Source of the DNA: Eledone cirrhosa
Taxonomy: Eukaryota
Length of the DNA: 64,000 nucleotides
Direction of reading: 5' to 3'
Assembly: GCA_964016885.1 (NCBI GenBank)
Contig: OZ024755.1
Coordinates: 22,444,001 to 22,508,000, forward strand
The position numbers and the translations under genes were made by a program. Numbering within the stretch: the first letter of the stretch is position 1; each line of letters starts with the position of its first letter. This document shows, one piece after another, positions 25,848 to 39,520 of this stretch. The notes beneath the pieces are model-generated. The model was not told the DNA's origin. It ran no database searches and saw only the letters and a list, made by a program, of their open reading frames with translations.

Positions 25848-25951
25848 TATAAACGTTTGTATTTGTAAAGCCAAAACAATACAAGTATGGACATAGAATA
25901 TTCTATGTCCATACCTGCATTGTTTTGGCTTTACAAATACAAATGTTTATA
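25848..25951. repeat. Spacerless 52-bp-arm palindrome in a (TA)n island
   Basis: Centre gaat|attc at 25899/25900; 49/52 matched by eye. Confidence 0.9.
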
Positions 25952-26039
25952 TATATATATATATATATATATAACTGATAAGTTTATTAAAAGCCAGTAC
26001 AATGCGGAAAATATAAAGGGTAAATTATGGTAAATAAAA

Positions 26040-26555
26040 TGTTGGTCCCACAATATCCAGGCCGAAACAAATGAGATCGTGTAGGTGTCACGACAAAAAA
26101 CACACAGTCCACGCTGTAAATGTGGCCGTGTAGGCAACACGGTAAAAACCTCCCAGCCCCACACTGTAAATGTGGTTGGTGTTAGGAAGGGCATCCAGCT
26201 GTAGAAAACCCGCCAGACAGTCCACGCTGTAATGTGGCCGTGTAGGCAACACGGTAAAAACCTCCCAGCCCCACACTGTAAATGTGGTTGGTGTTAGGAA
26301 GGGCATCCAGCTGTAGAAAACCCGCCAGACAGTCCACGCTGTAATGTGGCCGTGTAGGCAACACGGTAAAAACCTCCCAGCCCCACACTGTAAATGTGGT
26401 TGGTGTTAGGAAGGGCATCCAACTGTAGAAAACCCGCCAGACAGTCCTATGCGAGCAAGACAACCACTCTTGCCTCAAGTGGGAAAACTCCCGTCCAAAC
26501 CCATGCAAGCGTGGAACACGGACGCTAAACCTGATGATGATGATGATGATGATGA
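26040..26555 (+). mobile_element. RTE 3' UTR fragment with internal 112-113-bp triplication
   Basis: Units start at 26105, 26218 and 26330. Homologous to the reverse complement of 43993-44290. Confidence 0.85.
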
Positions 26556-26692
26556 AAACAGAACAAAGTAATGTTTTACCCAGTATATTATGGCATAATA
26601 TTTGAGGGCTATTACCCTCTTTTCAGATGTGGTACTGAAACAGTCCTAGATAAAATAAACGAAGGATTTGAACTTTCTTCTATAACACACAC

Positions 26693-26829
<137 letters not shown>

Positions 26830-26830
26830 C

Positions 26831-26908
<78 letters not shown>

Positions 26909-26964
26909 TATGTAGTAAAATGTTAGGGGGCCGGACAGGTTGAATTCCCTCAATTATTAATTTC

Positions 26965-27019
26965 TGCAAACACTATGCACATTTCAGTGGCCAGGTGACA
27001 TCATCAGGTGTATATTGCA
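26965..27019 (-). ncRNA. Type I hammerhead ribozyme motif (Penelope/retrozyme-like)
   Basis: Minus strand: ugcaa-uau-acac CUGAUGA ugucaccuggccacu GAAA ugugca UA gugu-uugca. Stems I and III pair; stem II is weak. Confidence 0.65.
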
Positions 27020-27160
27020 TAATAGTTGTATACCAACGAAATGATAGTAAACACATTCCAAGAGACTTTAAGGAAAAAACCAGAAGAGAAAAAATGTGTT
27101 TTTGTTTTTTTTGTTTGGGACTTAAAGGCGATCGTGGTAGCCGGTTGTTCTGTTTGGCTC

Positions 27161-27200
<40 letters not shown>

Positions 27201-27371
27201 AAGGTTTTTATACTAAAGATCATTATGAAATAAATATTTATTCTAAATTAGCTTACAGATAATTTGATTAATGACTTATTAGCTTAATTAATGCATCAAC
27301 TAAATACAATTAAAAAGAGCTACTATTAAATGAATTATCCTCATTTGTTATAATCTTATTATGTTGACACA

Positions 27372-27567
27372 GGGCGGTGGATTGGCAGGAATCGGTAGAG
27401 CGTCGGACGCCATGCTTTGTGGCATAGAGTTACGGCCCTTTACATTCTGAGTTCAAATCCCGCAGAGATTAGCTTTTAATCCTTATAGGCTACCAGTAAC
27501 GCACTGGGGTCTATATAATCAATTTTCGTTTCCCGAAAATCGTTGGCCTTGTGCCTAAATCAGAAAG
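27372..27567 (+). mobile_element. SINE family A (internally deleted) with TSD
   Basis: TSD tatt(a/g)tgttgaca on both sides. Confidence 0.85.
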
Positions 27568-27614
27568 TATTGTGTTGACATATTTAGAAGGTATACACAC
27601 TGGGGGGAATTTTT

Positions 27615-27651
<37 letters not shown>

Positions 27652-28677
27652 TTTTTCATTGGGTTTGGGGAACAGTTTTGAATAACCTCCCAGTAAACTG
27701 AAGTTTCAACCCAGTTTTTTGCTGAGTTGCTGACTTATATTTCATGAAAGAACACTTGAGGAGAGTCATGAGATCAACCATATGTAATTTCTTCCTTCAC
27801 AAAGTCAATAGGGATAATAATCTAATGTATGAGTTGGACATTCAACCCATGCATGGATACATGCAGGGAAAGCTGGATACACTCAACACCTGTTCTCCCA
27901 CAGTGCTGGTGCCATGACAAAAAGCACCCAGTTCACCCTGTATGGTGGTGATGATAGTGCTAGTGCCACAACAAAAGCACCCATACTACCTTGTAAGGTG
28001 GTCATGCTCGTACCACGACAAAAAAAAAAAGAAAGAAAACACCCAGTCTATCTTGTAAGGCAGTCATACTGGTGCCATAGTGAAAAGCACCCAATTCTCC
28101 CATGGGGTGGTTGTGATGAGGGTGTGAAAGAGGAGGAGGCTGGAGCTCTCTGCTACGAAGGATCTTGGAATTAACTCCATTTAACTGGCAGCACTTAGTA
28201 AACATTAAATTATGTAAAAAAATTAACATGCTCATTTGTTCTTGTGGTAAAATATATTCTGTAAACTTTATACTTGTTTTTGGATTTATTTTCTTCTTGA
28301 TTCTCACCAAAATAAGTTCTTGGTGCAGTTACTATCTTCTCTCATCATTGTTTTTTTTTTTTTTAAATTACTACTGTCCTTCATTTTAAATAGATTGTTT
28401 ATTACAACTGTATCCATTACACAGTTGTAATAAACTTTTACTCTTAAGAATGAGGCAAGTTAGCAACAATCATCAAACAAAATGGCCTGCAGTATTTATT
28501 CTTGCTTTTTCTGTTCTGAGTTCAAATCCCACCAAGGTCAACATTGTCTGTCATCCTTCTTGTCAATAAATAAAGTAATCATCTAGGGTGGTGGACTGGT
28601 GGGATCATTGCAACAGCAAACAAGATAGCCTTGGAGTGATTGTCCCCAGCTCTTAATGCTCTGAGTTAAAATAGACT

Positions 28678-28761
28678 TACGTATATACTTGAATATGAGC
28701 TGAGGAATCTGTGACCCCAAAAAAATCAATGGTAAAATGGGGGAGAGTCAGCTCATATATG
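28678..28761. mobile_element. Decayed pogo/Tc1-like MITE remnant
   Basis: ttacgtatatacttgaatatgagctga ... tcagctcatat inverted remnant. Confidence 0.35.
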
Positions 28762-30274
28762 CCATCTAAACAATATGTTGATTAGCTGCCTTGGCTTATA
28801 AATAGAGTTTGTCACCTGATTTAAAACCACCATATGGCCTTTAGATGCTTTTAGTAGAATCTACTCTGTTGTAAATATTCTAACCAGTCCCTGGCTTGAG
28901 GATATTGTCCTTTCTCCTGGTTAAGCAATAAGAAAAATAGGTATTTTTCTTGTGGCCTCCACCAACATATCAAAATTGTTTCACTTTCACACTTAAAAAA
29001 CAATGGTTTTATACTGTTATATTCATTTTTACTTTATTTAACACATAAAACATTCATTGTCACATTTTGTTTTTCAAAATTTTAATAGCAGCATGTTACT
29101 TTCATTAATATTGTGAACGTTGTTCAGATATATTTTCACCAAGTTTCACAGCAACCTTACAATAGTGCTTTAAGCTAAAAACAAACAAAATTATTGCTTA
29201 TTCGTTCATACATAAATTATTAATTCCTTTTATTGGAAATTTAATTTATTGAGCTTTGAAGTAAGATATGTCAGTATATTGTTATTTCATCTTCTATTTT
29301 CATTTACATTGTCTTAGATAATTTATGCCTCTGAGTACAAGATAAGATTCTATTTAAAATTTCATCAATATTTTATCTGGTGCCAATACTGAGTCAATAT
29401 TGGGTTATTTGAATAGCAAATTGTTGGCTGGTAATCAAGATATTCCATAGATATTTTGCTATCTTCTATTGTTGTCTTTATCTTTGCTAGTTAGCCTAAG
29501 TTTTCCTTTTTTGAATAATAATAATAAGAAGAAGACATATGATTTTTGTTTGGGACGAGGTGAAGAGTTCATCAGAAAGATTTTCAAAGCATGAAGAAAT
29601 ATATTGAAAGAGGGATACTTCATGTAAATGAAAATGGGGCATAAAAACTAAAAAAACAAACACAATTATTGCTTAATCATTCATACGTAAATGATTAATT
29701 TCTTTAAACTATCATTTTTTTAATGAATTCATTATTATAAATTTTTTTTTAACTATGTTGAAGGTGCATGGCTTAGTGGTTAGAGAATTGGATTCACAAT
29801 CATAAGGTTGCAAGTTCAATTCCCAGACTGAGCGATGTGTTATGTCCTTCAGCAAGACACTTTATTTCACATTGGTCTTTCTGCCAGAAATAGCAACCAG
29901 TAGATAGTGTCAGAAATTGAAAGACCAATGGAAACATCCGATTTGATGAGTTTCATCCTATTTGTAAAACGAATGAGGTCTGGACCTTGTTGACTGATTA
30001 ACTTTGTTTCCAAATAAATCAATATTTACAAGTCAATGAACCCAAATGAATTTCAGTACAATTCCCATTCTTAAATATCACAGATTTCTCCGGAAAACTT
30101 CAGTTTAACTAAATTTAATAAATAATTATATTTTCCCATTTACTTTTGTGGATTCTATCCAAACAGTTAAAACAATAATAGACCTTACAATTATTATCCT
30201 CTTCAGTACCGTAGACGAGATAACTCATCCTAACATGTATTCATTCCAGTACCACGGATGAGATAACATGTTTG

Positions 30275-30809
30275 AACTCCTTTCCAACAGTTCATAACTT
30301 CAAAGTTATGTATTCCTTTCCAACAGTTCATAACTTCAAAGTTATGAACTCATTTCCAACAGTTCATAACTTCAAAGTTATGTACTCCTTTCCAACAGTT
30401 CATAACTTCAAAGTTATGTACTCCTTTCCAACAGTTCATAACTTCAAAGTTATGTACTCCTTTCCAACAGTTCATAACTTCAAAGTTATGTACTCCTTTC
30501 CAACAGTTCATAACTTCAAAGTTATGTACTCCTTTCCAACAGTTCATAACTTCAAAGTTATGTACTCCTTTCCAACAGTTCATAACTTCAAAGTTATGTA
30601 TTCCTTTCCAACAGTTCATAACTTCAAAGTTATGTACTCCTTTCCAACAGTTCATAACTTCAAAGTTATGTACTCCTTTCCAACAGTTCATAACTTCAAA
30701 GTTATGTACTCCTTTCCAACAGTTCATAACTTCAAAGTTATGTATTCCTTTCCAACAGTTCATAACTTCAAAGTTATGAACTCATTTCCAACAGTTCATA
30801 ACTTCAAAG
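30275..30809. repeat. Homogeneous 36-bp minisatellite (~15 copies) with internal hairpin
   Basis: Unit tactcctttccaacagttcataacttcaaagttatg, containing the stem-loop cataact-tcaa-agttatg. No spacers between units. Confidence 0.95.
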
Positions 30810-31049
30810 CTAGATGGGGTTACTAGTTTATTGATGTGACATTTATGAATCAAATAGTCATTTTACTGAGAGAAAAAAACTGGCACAGCAACTGTAGCTG
30901 TATAAAATATACACAGCAGTCAACAGGTTAAAGTAACTATTTATATTCCTTTTCTTTTTAATTCTACCTTAAAAATCTGACTGGTATTTCATAGACAAAT
31001 AGTGTTAACTATGAAACTTGAAAAAAGATAGTTTATTTATACAGTAAGT

Positions 31050-31240
31050 TCCAGTTGAAGCAGAAACTAAGTTCCAGTTGATATCACACAGAAGCTAGTT
31101 ACAGTTGATATCACATAGAAGCTAGTTATAGTTGATATCACATAGAAGCTAGTTACAGTTGATAATCACATAGAAACTAGGTTCCAGTTGATATCACACA
31201 GAAGCTAGTTTCAGTTGATATCACACAGAAGCTAGTTTCT
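31050..31240. repeat. 27-bp minisatellite
   Basis: Unit agttgatatcacacagaagctagttac. Confidence 0.9.
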
Positions 31241-32019
31241 TGAGGAACCAATAGGGCTGTATTTTATCAGAAACCCTATTAAATTCCTGTTGACTTGATA
31301 CACTCTATAGTAGACAATCTGTACCTGTTTCAGAAGATGTCTTATTGCAAGTGACTGCTTATCCTCATCATCATTCTACATCCATTGTTCCACGCTTGCA
31401 TGGATTGGACAGGTACTCCTCTGTACAATAGCTCTCCACTTATCACATTCCATAATGAGATGATTTTTCAAATGAGAAAGAAATTATCTATTTATCATTT
31501 TCTTCTAAACTTTAACTGTATTGGAAAACTATATAAAAATACAGCCCATACAGGCATGGAAAAATAAAATGCAAAATTATGAAAATTTTGTTATGTTTTA
31601 TAAAACAGCTTAAAGCTTTGGACCTATTGACCCAGTATTTCAGTCTTGGCAAATGTTTAACCATACCCTACCATTCTGACACTCCATTCTGCCATGTACT
31701 TTTGGTGTAGATTAAACAAAATATAAGTCAAGTACTTAGGAATCAATTTAATTGTCTTTTACTTCCATCAGTTAAATTTCTCTGCAATTAGTGAAGCTGA
31801 TGTTACAAATCAATACTGATATCAAGGGAACATTGGATGGACAAAAGGTCTTGTGGCAATTATTTCCAGGGTTTTTATGTTTTGAGTTCAAATTCCATTT
31901 ACCACTGCTTTCTGAATAAATCAAAGACTGTTTCACATTGTTGCTTTAGCCTGTGATTTTCAGGAAGATATTGCCAGAATTTGGAGGAAGACAGTACATT
32001 TATTACCTTTTCTTTTTGT

Positions 32020-32050
<31 letters not shown>

Positions 32051-32595
32051 GTACCTGATAGATATAATTTTTTGTTGGTGAATTTTATGCAGGTACACAG
32101 GGTTAGGGACCATGCACATGACAGGGGACCAGAATATACCTTTATTACCTTTTTGGGGAGGCAGTGGGGGTATTTGATGGTGTTCAAATATCTAGTTGGC
32201 AACAGTTTCTACATGCTGATGTCTGATAGATATTTCAATCAGTGTTACATATATTGTTTTAGATACTTTATAGCAATTAGCACAAGATAGATTTCTATTT
32301 AACATTTCATCAATATTTTATCTGCTGCCAATATCATTATTTTCCAATACTGGATCACAGTTGCTGTATACAAACAATTAACAGTTTGCTAGTATTCAAA
32401 CTGTTCCAGAGATATTTTGCTGTTTATTTTTGTCTCTCTTTGCTACTGATCCTAAAATTCTTCATTTTGGATAAGCTACAAGATATTAATGGGGGGGGGG
32501 GGGGGCATTTTGATAGGATTTACACATAAATTAAAAGAGTGATGCTTTACATAAATTCTATGAAAATCTTTCCCTTATTCTCCTCTTTCTTCTTC

Positions 32596-33350
32596 TTCAA
32601 TATATAGACCTTGACTCCTTCAATATACAGACCTAGTCCCCTTTGATATATAGACCTAGTCCCCTTCAATATATAGACCTAGTCCCCTACAGTATATAGA
32701 CCTTGACTCCTTCAATATATAGACCTAGTCCCCTTCACTATATAAACCTAGACCCCTTCAATATATAGACCTTGACCCCTTCAATATATAGACCTAGTCC
32801 CCTTCAATATACAGACCTAGTCCCCTTCAATATACAGACCTAGTCCCCTTCAATATACAGACCTAGTCCCCTCCAATATATAGACCTTGAACCCTTCAAT
32901 ATATAGACCAAGTCCCCTTCAATATATAGACCTAGTCCCCTTCAATATGTAGACCTAGTCTACTTTAATATATAGACCTAGTCCCCTTCAATATATAGAC
33001 CTAGTCCCCTTCAATATATAGACCTTGACCCCTTCAATATATAGACCTTGACCGTTTCAATATATAGACCTAGTCCCCTTCAATATACAGACCTAGTCCC
33101 CTTCAATATATAGACCTAGTCCTCTTCAATATACAGACCTAGTCCCCTTCAATTTATAGACCTAGTCCCCTTCAATATACAGACCTAGTCCCCTTCAATA
33201 TACAGACCTTGATCCCTTCAATATATAGACCAAGTCCCCTTCAATATATAGACCTTGACCCCTTCAATATATAGACCTTGACCCCTTCAATATATAGACC
33301 TTGACCCCTTCAATATATAGACCTTGACCCCTTCAATATATAGACCTAGT
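32596..33350. repeat. 23-bp minisatellite (~33 copies)
   Basis: Unit ttcaatatatagacctagtcccc. Confidence 0.95.
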
Positions 33351-34229
33351 CTACCTCATAGCCCAGTAAATTAATCATTATCTATAATCTTTTGATAAAC
33401 ATTAAACGCCGAGGAAGTACAAATCCTTGACAGCCTTATAAAATTCTCAGGAACTCCATTTAAAAAAAAATATTATTTCAAATCCCAACACTGTTTTTCT
33501 TACAAAACGCTAATGTTGCATCGAATCTTTCTATATATGATCTTATAACATTTTAAAATGGGAGTATTTTTTCTTTAATATATAATCTGAATGAAAATGT
33601 AGATAAGCTATAAGCTACCTAAATTCTGCTGTGATTTCTAGTTACTTGGATCAGCAATCTGTCAACTGATTCCATTACTTTACCAATGTTCCTCCTCCCT
33701 ATGATTTCATATATAAATAATGGCCCTACCTCTGCCTGCAGAACTATTACAGTTTTATGTCTCTGCCAACATTCTTATCTGCTTATCTGAAGAATTAAAT
33801 CTCATTAAATGATTTCTTTTTGAACAATTTTATCACATTAGGTTCTTTGATATTTCTACAAACCATTTCATTGACAATTGAGACCAAGTAATCTGTTTCA
33901 GGATCCCCTATCACCGCCACCACTACAACTACCACAAACACTACCACAACCACCACCAACAATACCAACACTACTACCACCACCAACACTATCACTACTG
34001 CTACCACTACCACCACCACCACCACCACTACTACCATCACCACCACGCCACAGCACCAACAAAAGATTTTTAGTTCAAAACTAGGTTTTATCTTGCAATC
34101 TATGGTTTCTAACATCAAACTGCTTCCATGTATGCTATCAAATACTATAATAACCTAACTTTGCCAAGTCTTATTTTAATTTCTTGGCAGATTTTTCTAT
34201 TCTAATCACCAAGCATCATCACGATCATC

Positions 34230-34692
34230 ACCATTTAATATCTATTTCCCATGCTTGCATGGGTTAGATGAGCTGTCACATGAGGTTAAACAAGTCAGGT
34301 GACCACATCTTGCTCATATGATCCATTTTTGGCTTGCTTTTCTACAGCTGGATACCCTTTTAACACCAACCACTTTACAAAGTGAACTATGAACTTTTTT
34401 TAGGCATCAGCACTGTCATCTTTCAGAGTGGACTGGGTGGCTTTTGTCGTGGCACCAGGACTGTTACCTTACAGAGTAGACTGGGTGGTTTTTGTTATGG
34501 CACCAGTACTATTTATTACCTTACAGAGTAGACTGGGTGGTTTTTGTTATGGCACCAGTACTATTACCTTACAGAGTAGACTGGGTGGTTTTTGTTATGG
34601 CACCAGTACTATTACCTTACAGAGTAGACTGGGTGGTTTTTGTTATGGCACCAGTACTATTACCTTACAGAGTAGACTGGGTGGTTTTTGTT
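34230..34692 (-). mobile_element. Minus-strand SINE/RTE-tail element ending in a 48-bp tandem array
   Basis: RTE-like tail at 34230-34390; unit ttaccttacagagtagactgggtggtttttgttatggcaccagtacta repeated ~5 times. Confidence 0.7.
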
Positions 34693-34850
34693 CTTATATA
34701 AAATCATGCTGGAAGGTTTCAACCTAAGTAAGAACACTTCAGAAACAGAGGTGGCTTTGGGTGGATTGGTATCAAAGGTGTTATATATATATATCATCAT
34801 CATCAGAGTTTAACATCCATCTTCCACACTAGTATGGGTAGGACAAGAAG

Positions 34851-34882
<32 letters not shown>

Positions 34883-34893
34883 ATATATATATA

Positions 34894-35238
34894 TGGAGGC
34901 ACATGGCTTAGTGGTTAGAGCATTGGCCTTGCAATCGAAAGGTTGTGAGTTCAATTCTCAGACCGGGTGATGTGTTATTTCCTTGAGCAAGACACTTTAT
35001 TTCACATTGTTCCAGTTTACTCAGCTGTAGAAATGAGATGATAGGGACTGGGATCCCTATCATTCCACTGCAAAGTGGTCGTGTAGGCGCCACGGCAAAA
35101 AAGCACCCACCACTCACTGTAAATGAGGTTGGTGTTAGGAAGGGCATCCAGCTGTAGAAGTCAAGCCAGAATCAGTTCCCGTCCCACCCTTGCAAGCAGG
35201 GAAAAGCGGACGTAAAATGATGATGATGATGATGATAA
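34894..35238 (+). mobile_element. SINE family B
   Basis: Full-length, near-identical to 18843-19182. Confidence 0.9.
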
Positions 35239-35264
35239 TGGTGATGATATATACATCGTCTTCA

Positions 35265-35812
35265 TTTTATGTCTATTTTTCCATGCTTGCATGGGTCTTT
35301 TGCAGCACAGCTTTCCTTCACATATTGCATTCCTTCATCTCCTCTATGAGTTTCAGCAATTCTGGACCAGCTCTCACTACCTCCCTCCAGGTCTCCCTTG
35401 ATTACTTCCTCACCCAATGATTATCATCCATACACATCACATGTACATTGCAGTAGTCTTCTCTCTTGTACATTACATCTGATTATATCCAGTTTTTTTT
35501 CTGTCAACTCATCCATTTGTATATATTTACATCACATATACATCAAAGTATGCTCAATTTATTTATTTCCTGTCCTCACATATCTTCTACATTTACTGCC
35601 AATGTCTTACAACAATAGAACACTGAAATGCCCATGCTGGCATCACACAGACGTTTTTTTTATTCTTAGGTTTAAAACTTTCTTTGTCAACAGAGGTAGT
35701 AGCTCCCTGAGCTTTCTCCATCCTATTCTTATTCTAATTACTATGTGCTCAGTGCAACCTCCTTCAATATTAATTAAGTCACTTAGGTAACAGAAGCTAT
35801 CAACTACTTCTG
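35265..35812 (-). mobile_element. Older RTE LINE 3' fragment
   Basis: Minus strand reads EVVDSFCYLSDLINIEGGCTEHIVIRIRIGWRKLRELLPLLTK. Confidence 0.8.
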
Positions 35813-36479
35813 TGGTGCTTTTATTACCAACTATCTCTGTTCATCTACAACATACTAAATCTACAGCTTGATCAAGTATTATTCTGTTATACAGCCATTT
35901 AAATATAAATAATATTGCTGCTACAGCTGAGGCAATCATAACTATAATAAAGAAAGGAGTGCGGGACTGCGTCCAGAATATATTTTTTTATCTCGTTTGT
36001 AAAATAAGTTGGATTACTTTGAATAAATAATGAATGAATATTACATAATTTATGTACTAAATTTCATAACTCTTTATTAAATATAAATAATTTTATTGCT
36101 TATTTAAAGATTCACTTCTTTAAAATTTTCAAATATCAACATTTCCGGTTAGCGCCTGTTATATTATAACACTTATAAAAACATTGCATATATTTCTGTC
36201 GCTAATTTTCTCCTAATACAGTTTATATATAATATTGTCTTTTTTAAATGTATCATGGATTACTTTACTGATTGCAAAAGACAGTGTAACACAGACTCTC
36301 CTCAATTTCTGTGGATATTGTCAATTACGATTTTATTTGACATATCATATCTACATGCATATATATTTGCATTTAATATCAATATGAACACTACACATGC
36401 AGGCAGAAAACCACCCAAAGAGTGGTTTTTCTGCTAGTCTGTTTAATTTCTTTCGCATTTTTGCGATTTAACCAAAAAA

Positions 36480-36542
<63 letters not shown>

Positions 36543-37314
36543 CAAACCATAAAAAAATAATAATTTGGAAATTTACAAATATGAAAATTAAATATTTAAA
36601 ATTTTTATCATAAAGTTTTTCGAAAGAACTCAAAGGCTTTATACATTTGTACTTTTTTTTATATACCTTTGATATGATCCTGTAATTCCTGATGGAGTTG
36701 TAAGGATGCCGTAGTGGTTTACAACGTTTCTTGGGTGCTTTAAGCATGGAAGAGCCCATCTCCTCTCTAGGTTTGAACACAGTAAATATCTTCTAGTGAA
36801 GAATAGAAAGTGAGAGAGAGGAAGTGAGCAAGAGATATAGAGGAAGAATCAATCCCAGTTGTAGACTGGTACTTTTTTATTGACCTGAAAAGGATGAAAG
36901 GCAAAGTTGACTTCATATATTTATATACTTTGGGGGAATGAATAATTACAAATCATGTATTTTGAAGCATATCTACAAGAACTTAAACATTTTCAATGTT
37001 TAGTTTCATGTATGTGTGTGTTGAAATAAAATGATGAACTTATCATTAACATGCAGTTAACAGTGCAGGTTTGAAAAGAAAATCCATATATATATTTATA
37101 TATATAGTTTGTGGTGCTGAGACCAGGGAGATCACTAATCATGGGAGTACTCAATGCATAGGTACAAAAATTACTACACCCTTGAAAAGGCTTGCTGAAC
37201 ACACAAGCCAAAACCGTTTGGTGCCACGATCAGGATTTTACTTATCTATCTATCTATCTATATATATATTTATGTATATATTTAGAAATGTATATATATA
37301 TATATATATGAGTA

Positions 37315-37640
37315 GAAGGCACATGGCTTAGTGGTTAGAGCATTGGCCTTGCAATCAAAAGGTTGAGTTCAATTCTCAGACCGGGTGATGTGTTGTGTCC
37401 TTGAGCAAGACACTTTATTTCACATTGCTCCAGTTTACTCAGCTGTAGAAATGAGATGATGGGGACTGTGGTCCCTATCATTCCACTGTGAAGGTGCCAC
37501 GGCAAAAAAGCACCCAGCACTCACTGTAAATGAGGTTGGTGTTAGGAAGGGCATTCAGCTGTAGAAATTTAAGCCAGAATCAGTTCCCGTCCACCCTTGC
37601 AAGCAGGGAAAAGTGGACATAAAAATGATGATGATGATGA
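37315..37640 (+). mobile_element. SINE family B
   Basis: Full-length copy. Confidence 0.9.
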
Positions 37641-37686
37641 TATATATATACATACATACACATATATATCTATACATACACACATA

Positions 37687-37878
37687 CAGTGTGCCCCCAG
37701 CATTTGTGGCCCTGGTTATTCGCACAATTTTCCTTAGAACCTAACTGTATTTACCGGCCTATATTCTATGTTATGTGTTGCTGTTTTATGAACCACATCC
37801 AATATTCGCGTTTTTTCACTCTTCGCAGCTGCTCCAGGAACGTAACCCATGCAGATACCATTGCACAACTGACAACTG
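37687..37878. mobile_element. pogo/Tigger-like MITE
   Basis: TA|cagt ... actg|TA termini; internal ttattcgc, ttcgcg and ggaacgtaaccc motifs typical of such MITEs. Confidence 0.5.
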
Positions 37879-39106
37879 TATATATACACATATATATATA
37901 TATATGCATGCGCACACACACACACATACATACAATGTGGATGGTTAAAAAATAATCTAGGACAGACTTGACACAATTCCTTTTTCTTGAAAGAATGAAT
38001 GTGTTGCTAAAAGTGAATCTTAAATTTGTTTTATTTCTCTCTAATATATAAATACAGTGTTATTGCATAGTTGAACCTTAGCACAAATAAATTCATATTT
38101 TTTAAAAGCAATGTAATTACAGATTGGGGAGACAGGATTATTAAAATCGCAAATTTTTTTTTTTTAATGAAAATGATCGAGCAAGCAAAATTTTTAGAGT
38201 AAAAGATAGCTAATTTTATCTGAGCTGTTAATAGTCTTCTGTTATCTCTTATTCATTAGAAAACGAAAAAAAATTAAATTTGGGAATTATTTGGCAATAT
38301 TTGTTCTTATATTTCCACTAAAGTTTGGATTATATCACATGATATTTTCCTGTCTATTCTTATGCTTCATAATATTACAGCAGGTAATATAGTGAATCTT
38401 ATTTGAAAACAGCTTTTACAAGGAGCCTCATATGTACATGCAATCTGAATGAAGAATATGTATCTGTGTCTATTTTTATGATAGTATAAAATTGGAAATT
38501 CCTTTTCAGTCAATAAATGAGAATTTCTTTTGAATTATGTTTATTTTTTGGTTTGATTATTTTTTTTTTTTTTAATCTCAAATCTTACCAATTACTCATT
38601 CATGTTAGAAATTCAAAAATAGCTATTTTAGTTTCCAACAATAATCACAAATGATGAGTATATTTTTTAGGGAAAATACTAATGATGGGAAAAGTAACAT
38701 TAACATATAAATTATTGATATTATATTAAAGGTTTTTCTCATGTTTTGTTTTGTTTTTTAAGTTTTTTTCGTGAATGATTATTATTTATTTACTGATAAT
38801 GATCTGTCTGTATTCTATCTCTTCAAAGCACCATCCTTAGTAAGCTTTTATTGAATTGCTCTGATACAGTTAAATGTTTTGTTTTGTTAGTGTTTCTTTT
38901 ATAATGTTATCAATATATTTCTTTATTGACTTTATTTCTTTCTACCTCCTTTTATGTTGTATCAAACGTAGCTTATTGACTATATATAGGTTGAAACCTT
39001 TGATCTTGTGTGTGTGTGTGTGCCAAAAATGAATGGAGACAACAAAGCAATCAACACAGTACAATGAAGAAATATATTAGTTTAATGCTTGATATGGTAG
39101 GAAATG

Positions 39107-39145
39107 ATTCTTTACGTTTCTGACACTGCTCCTTCATCAGAGAAC
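39107..39145 (-). ncRNA. Minimal hammerhead motif (decayed), Penelope pLTR-like
   Basis: Minus strand: guucu CUGAUGA aggagcaguguca GAAA cg UA aagaa. Core intact with palindromic ACGU in place of stem III; stems I and II imperfect. Confidence 0.5.
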
Positions 39146-39399
39146 ACCATGAAAATGAGAGAGGTGATAGGTACAGTAAAAACACAAGCTGGATTGCAAT
39201 GGTTTTGAAACAAGTGGGTATTTCACCAAAATAACAAAAATAGGCAAAACATTGTGACTAAATTAGTTGGTTTTGTAAGGCTGAGTAAAGGTTGCTGTCA
39301 CGCAGCATATTGTGGAAAGTAGAGCCACTGGGTTGTGTAGTGTATAATATACTTCTATTTCCAGCTAATATTAAACAGTGCAACTAGAGTAAGACTGCT

Positions 39400-39520
39400 G
39401 ATTATCATTGTGAAAGCTATACTTCATTGGATCATGTTCTGGCAGGATAAAAGCCATCCTTTGTGGAGCGTACCTTGCAAGATTATCAAGCCATAAGTAT
39501 CATTGCTAATGCTCTCAGAC
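39400..39520 (+). mobile_element. Possible RLE-clade (R2/NeSL-like) zinc-knuckle remnant
   Basis: HCESYTSLDHVLAG*KPSFVERTLQDYQAISIIANAL resembles C..TL.HIL.GC..RY..RHD.VL..IA. Confidence 0.3.

Noticed and set aside
30275-30809. CRISPR array (36-bp palindromic repeats)
   Set aside because: Units are contiguous with no unique spacers, there are no cas genes, and the context is eukaryotic.
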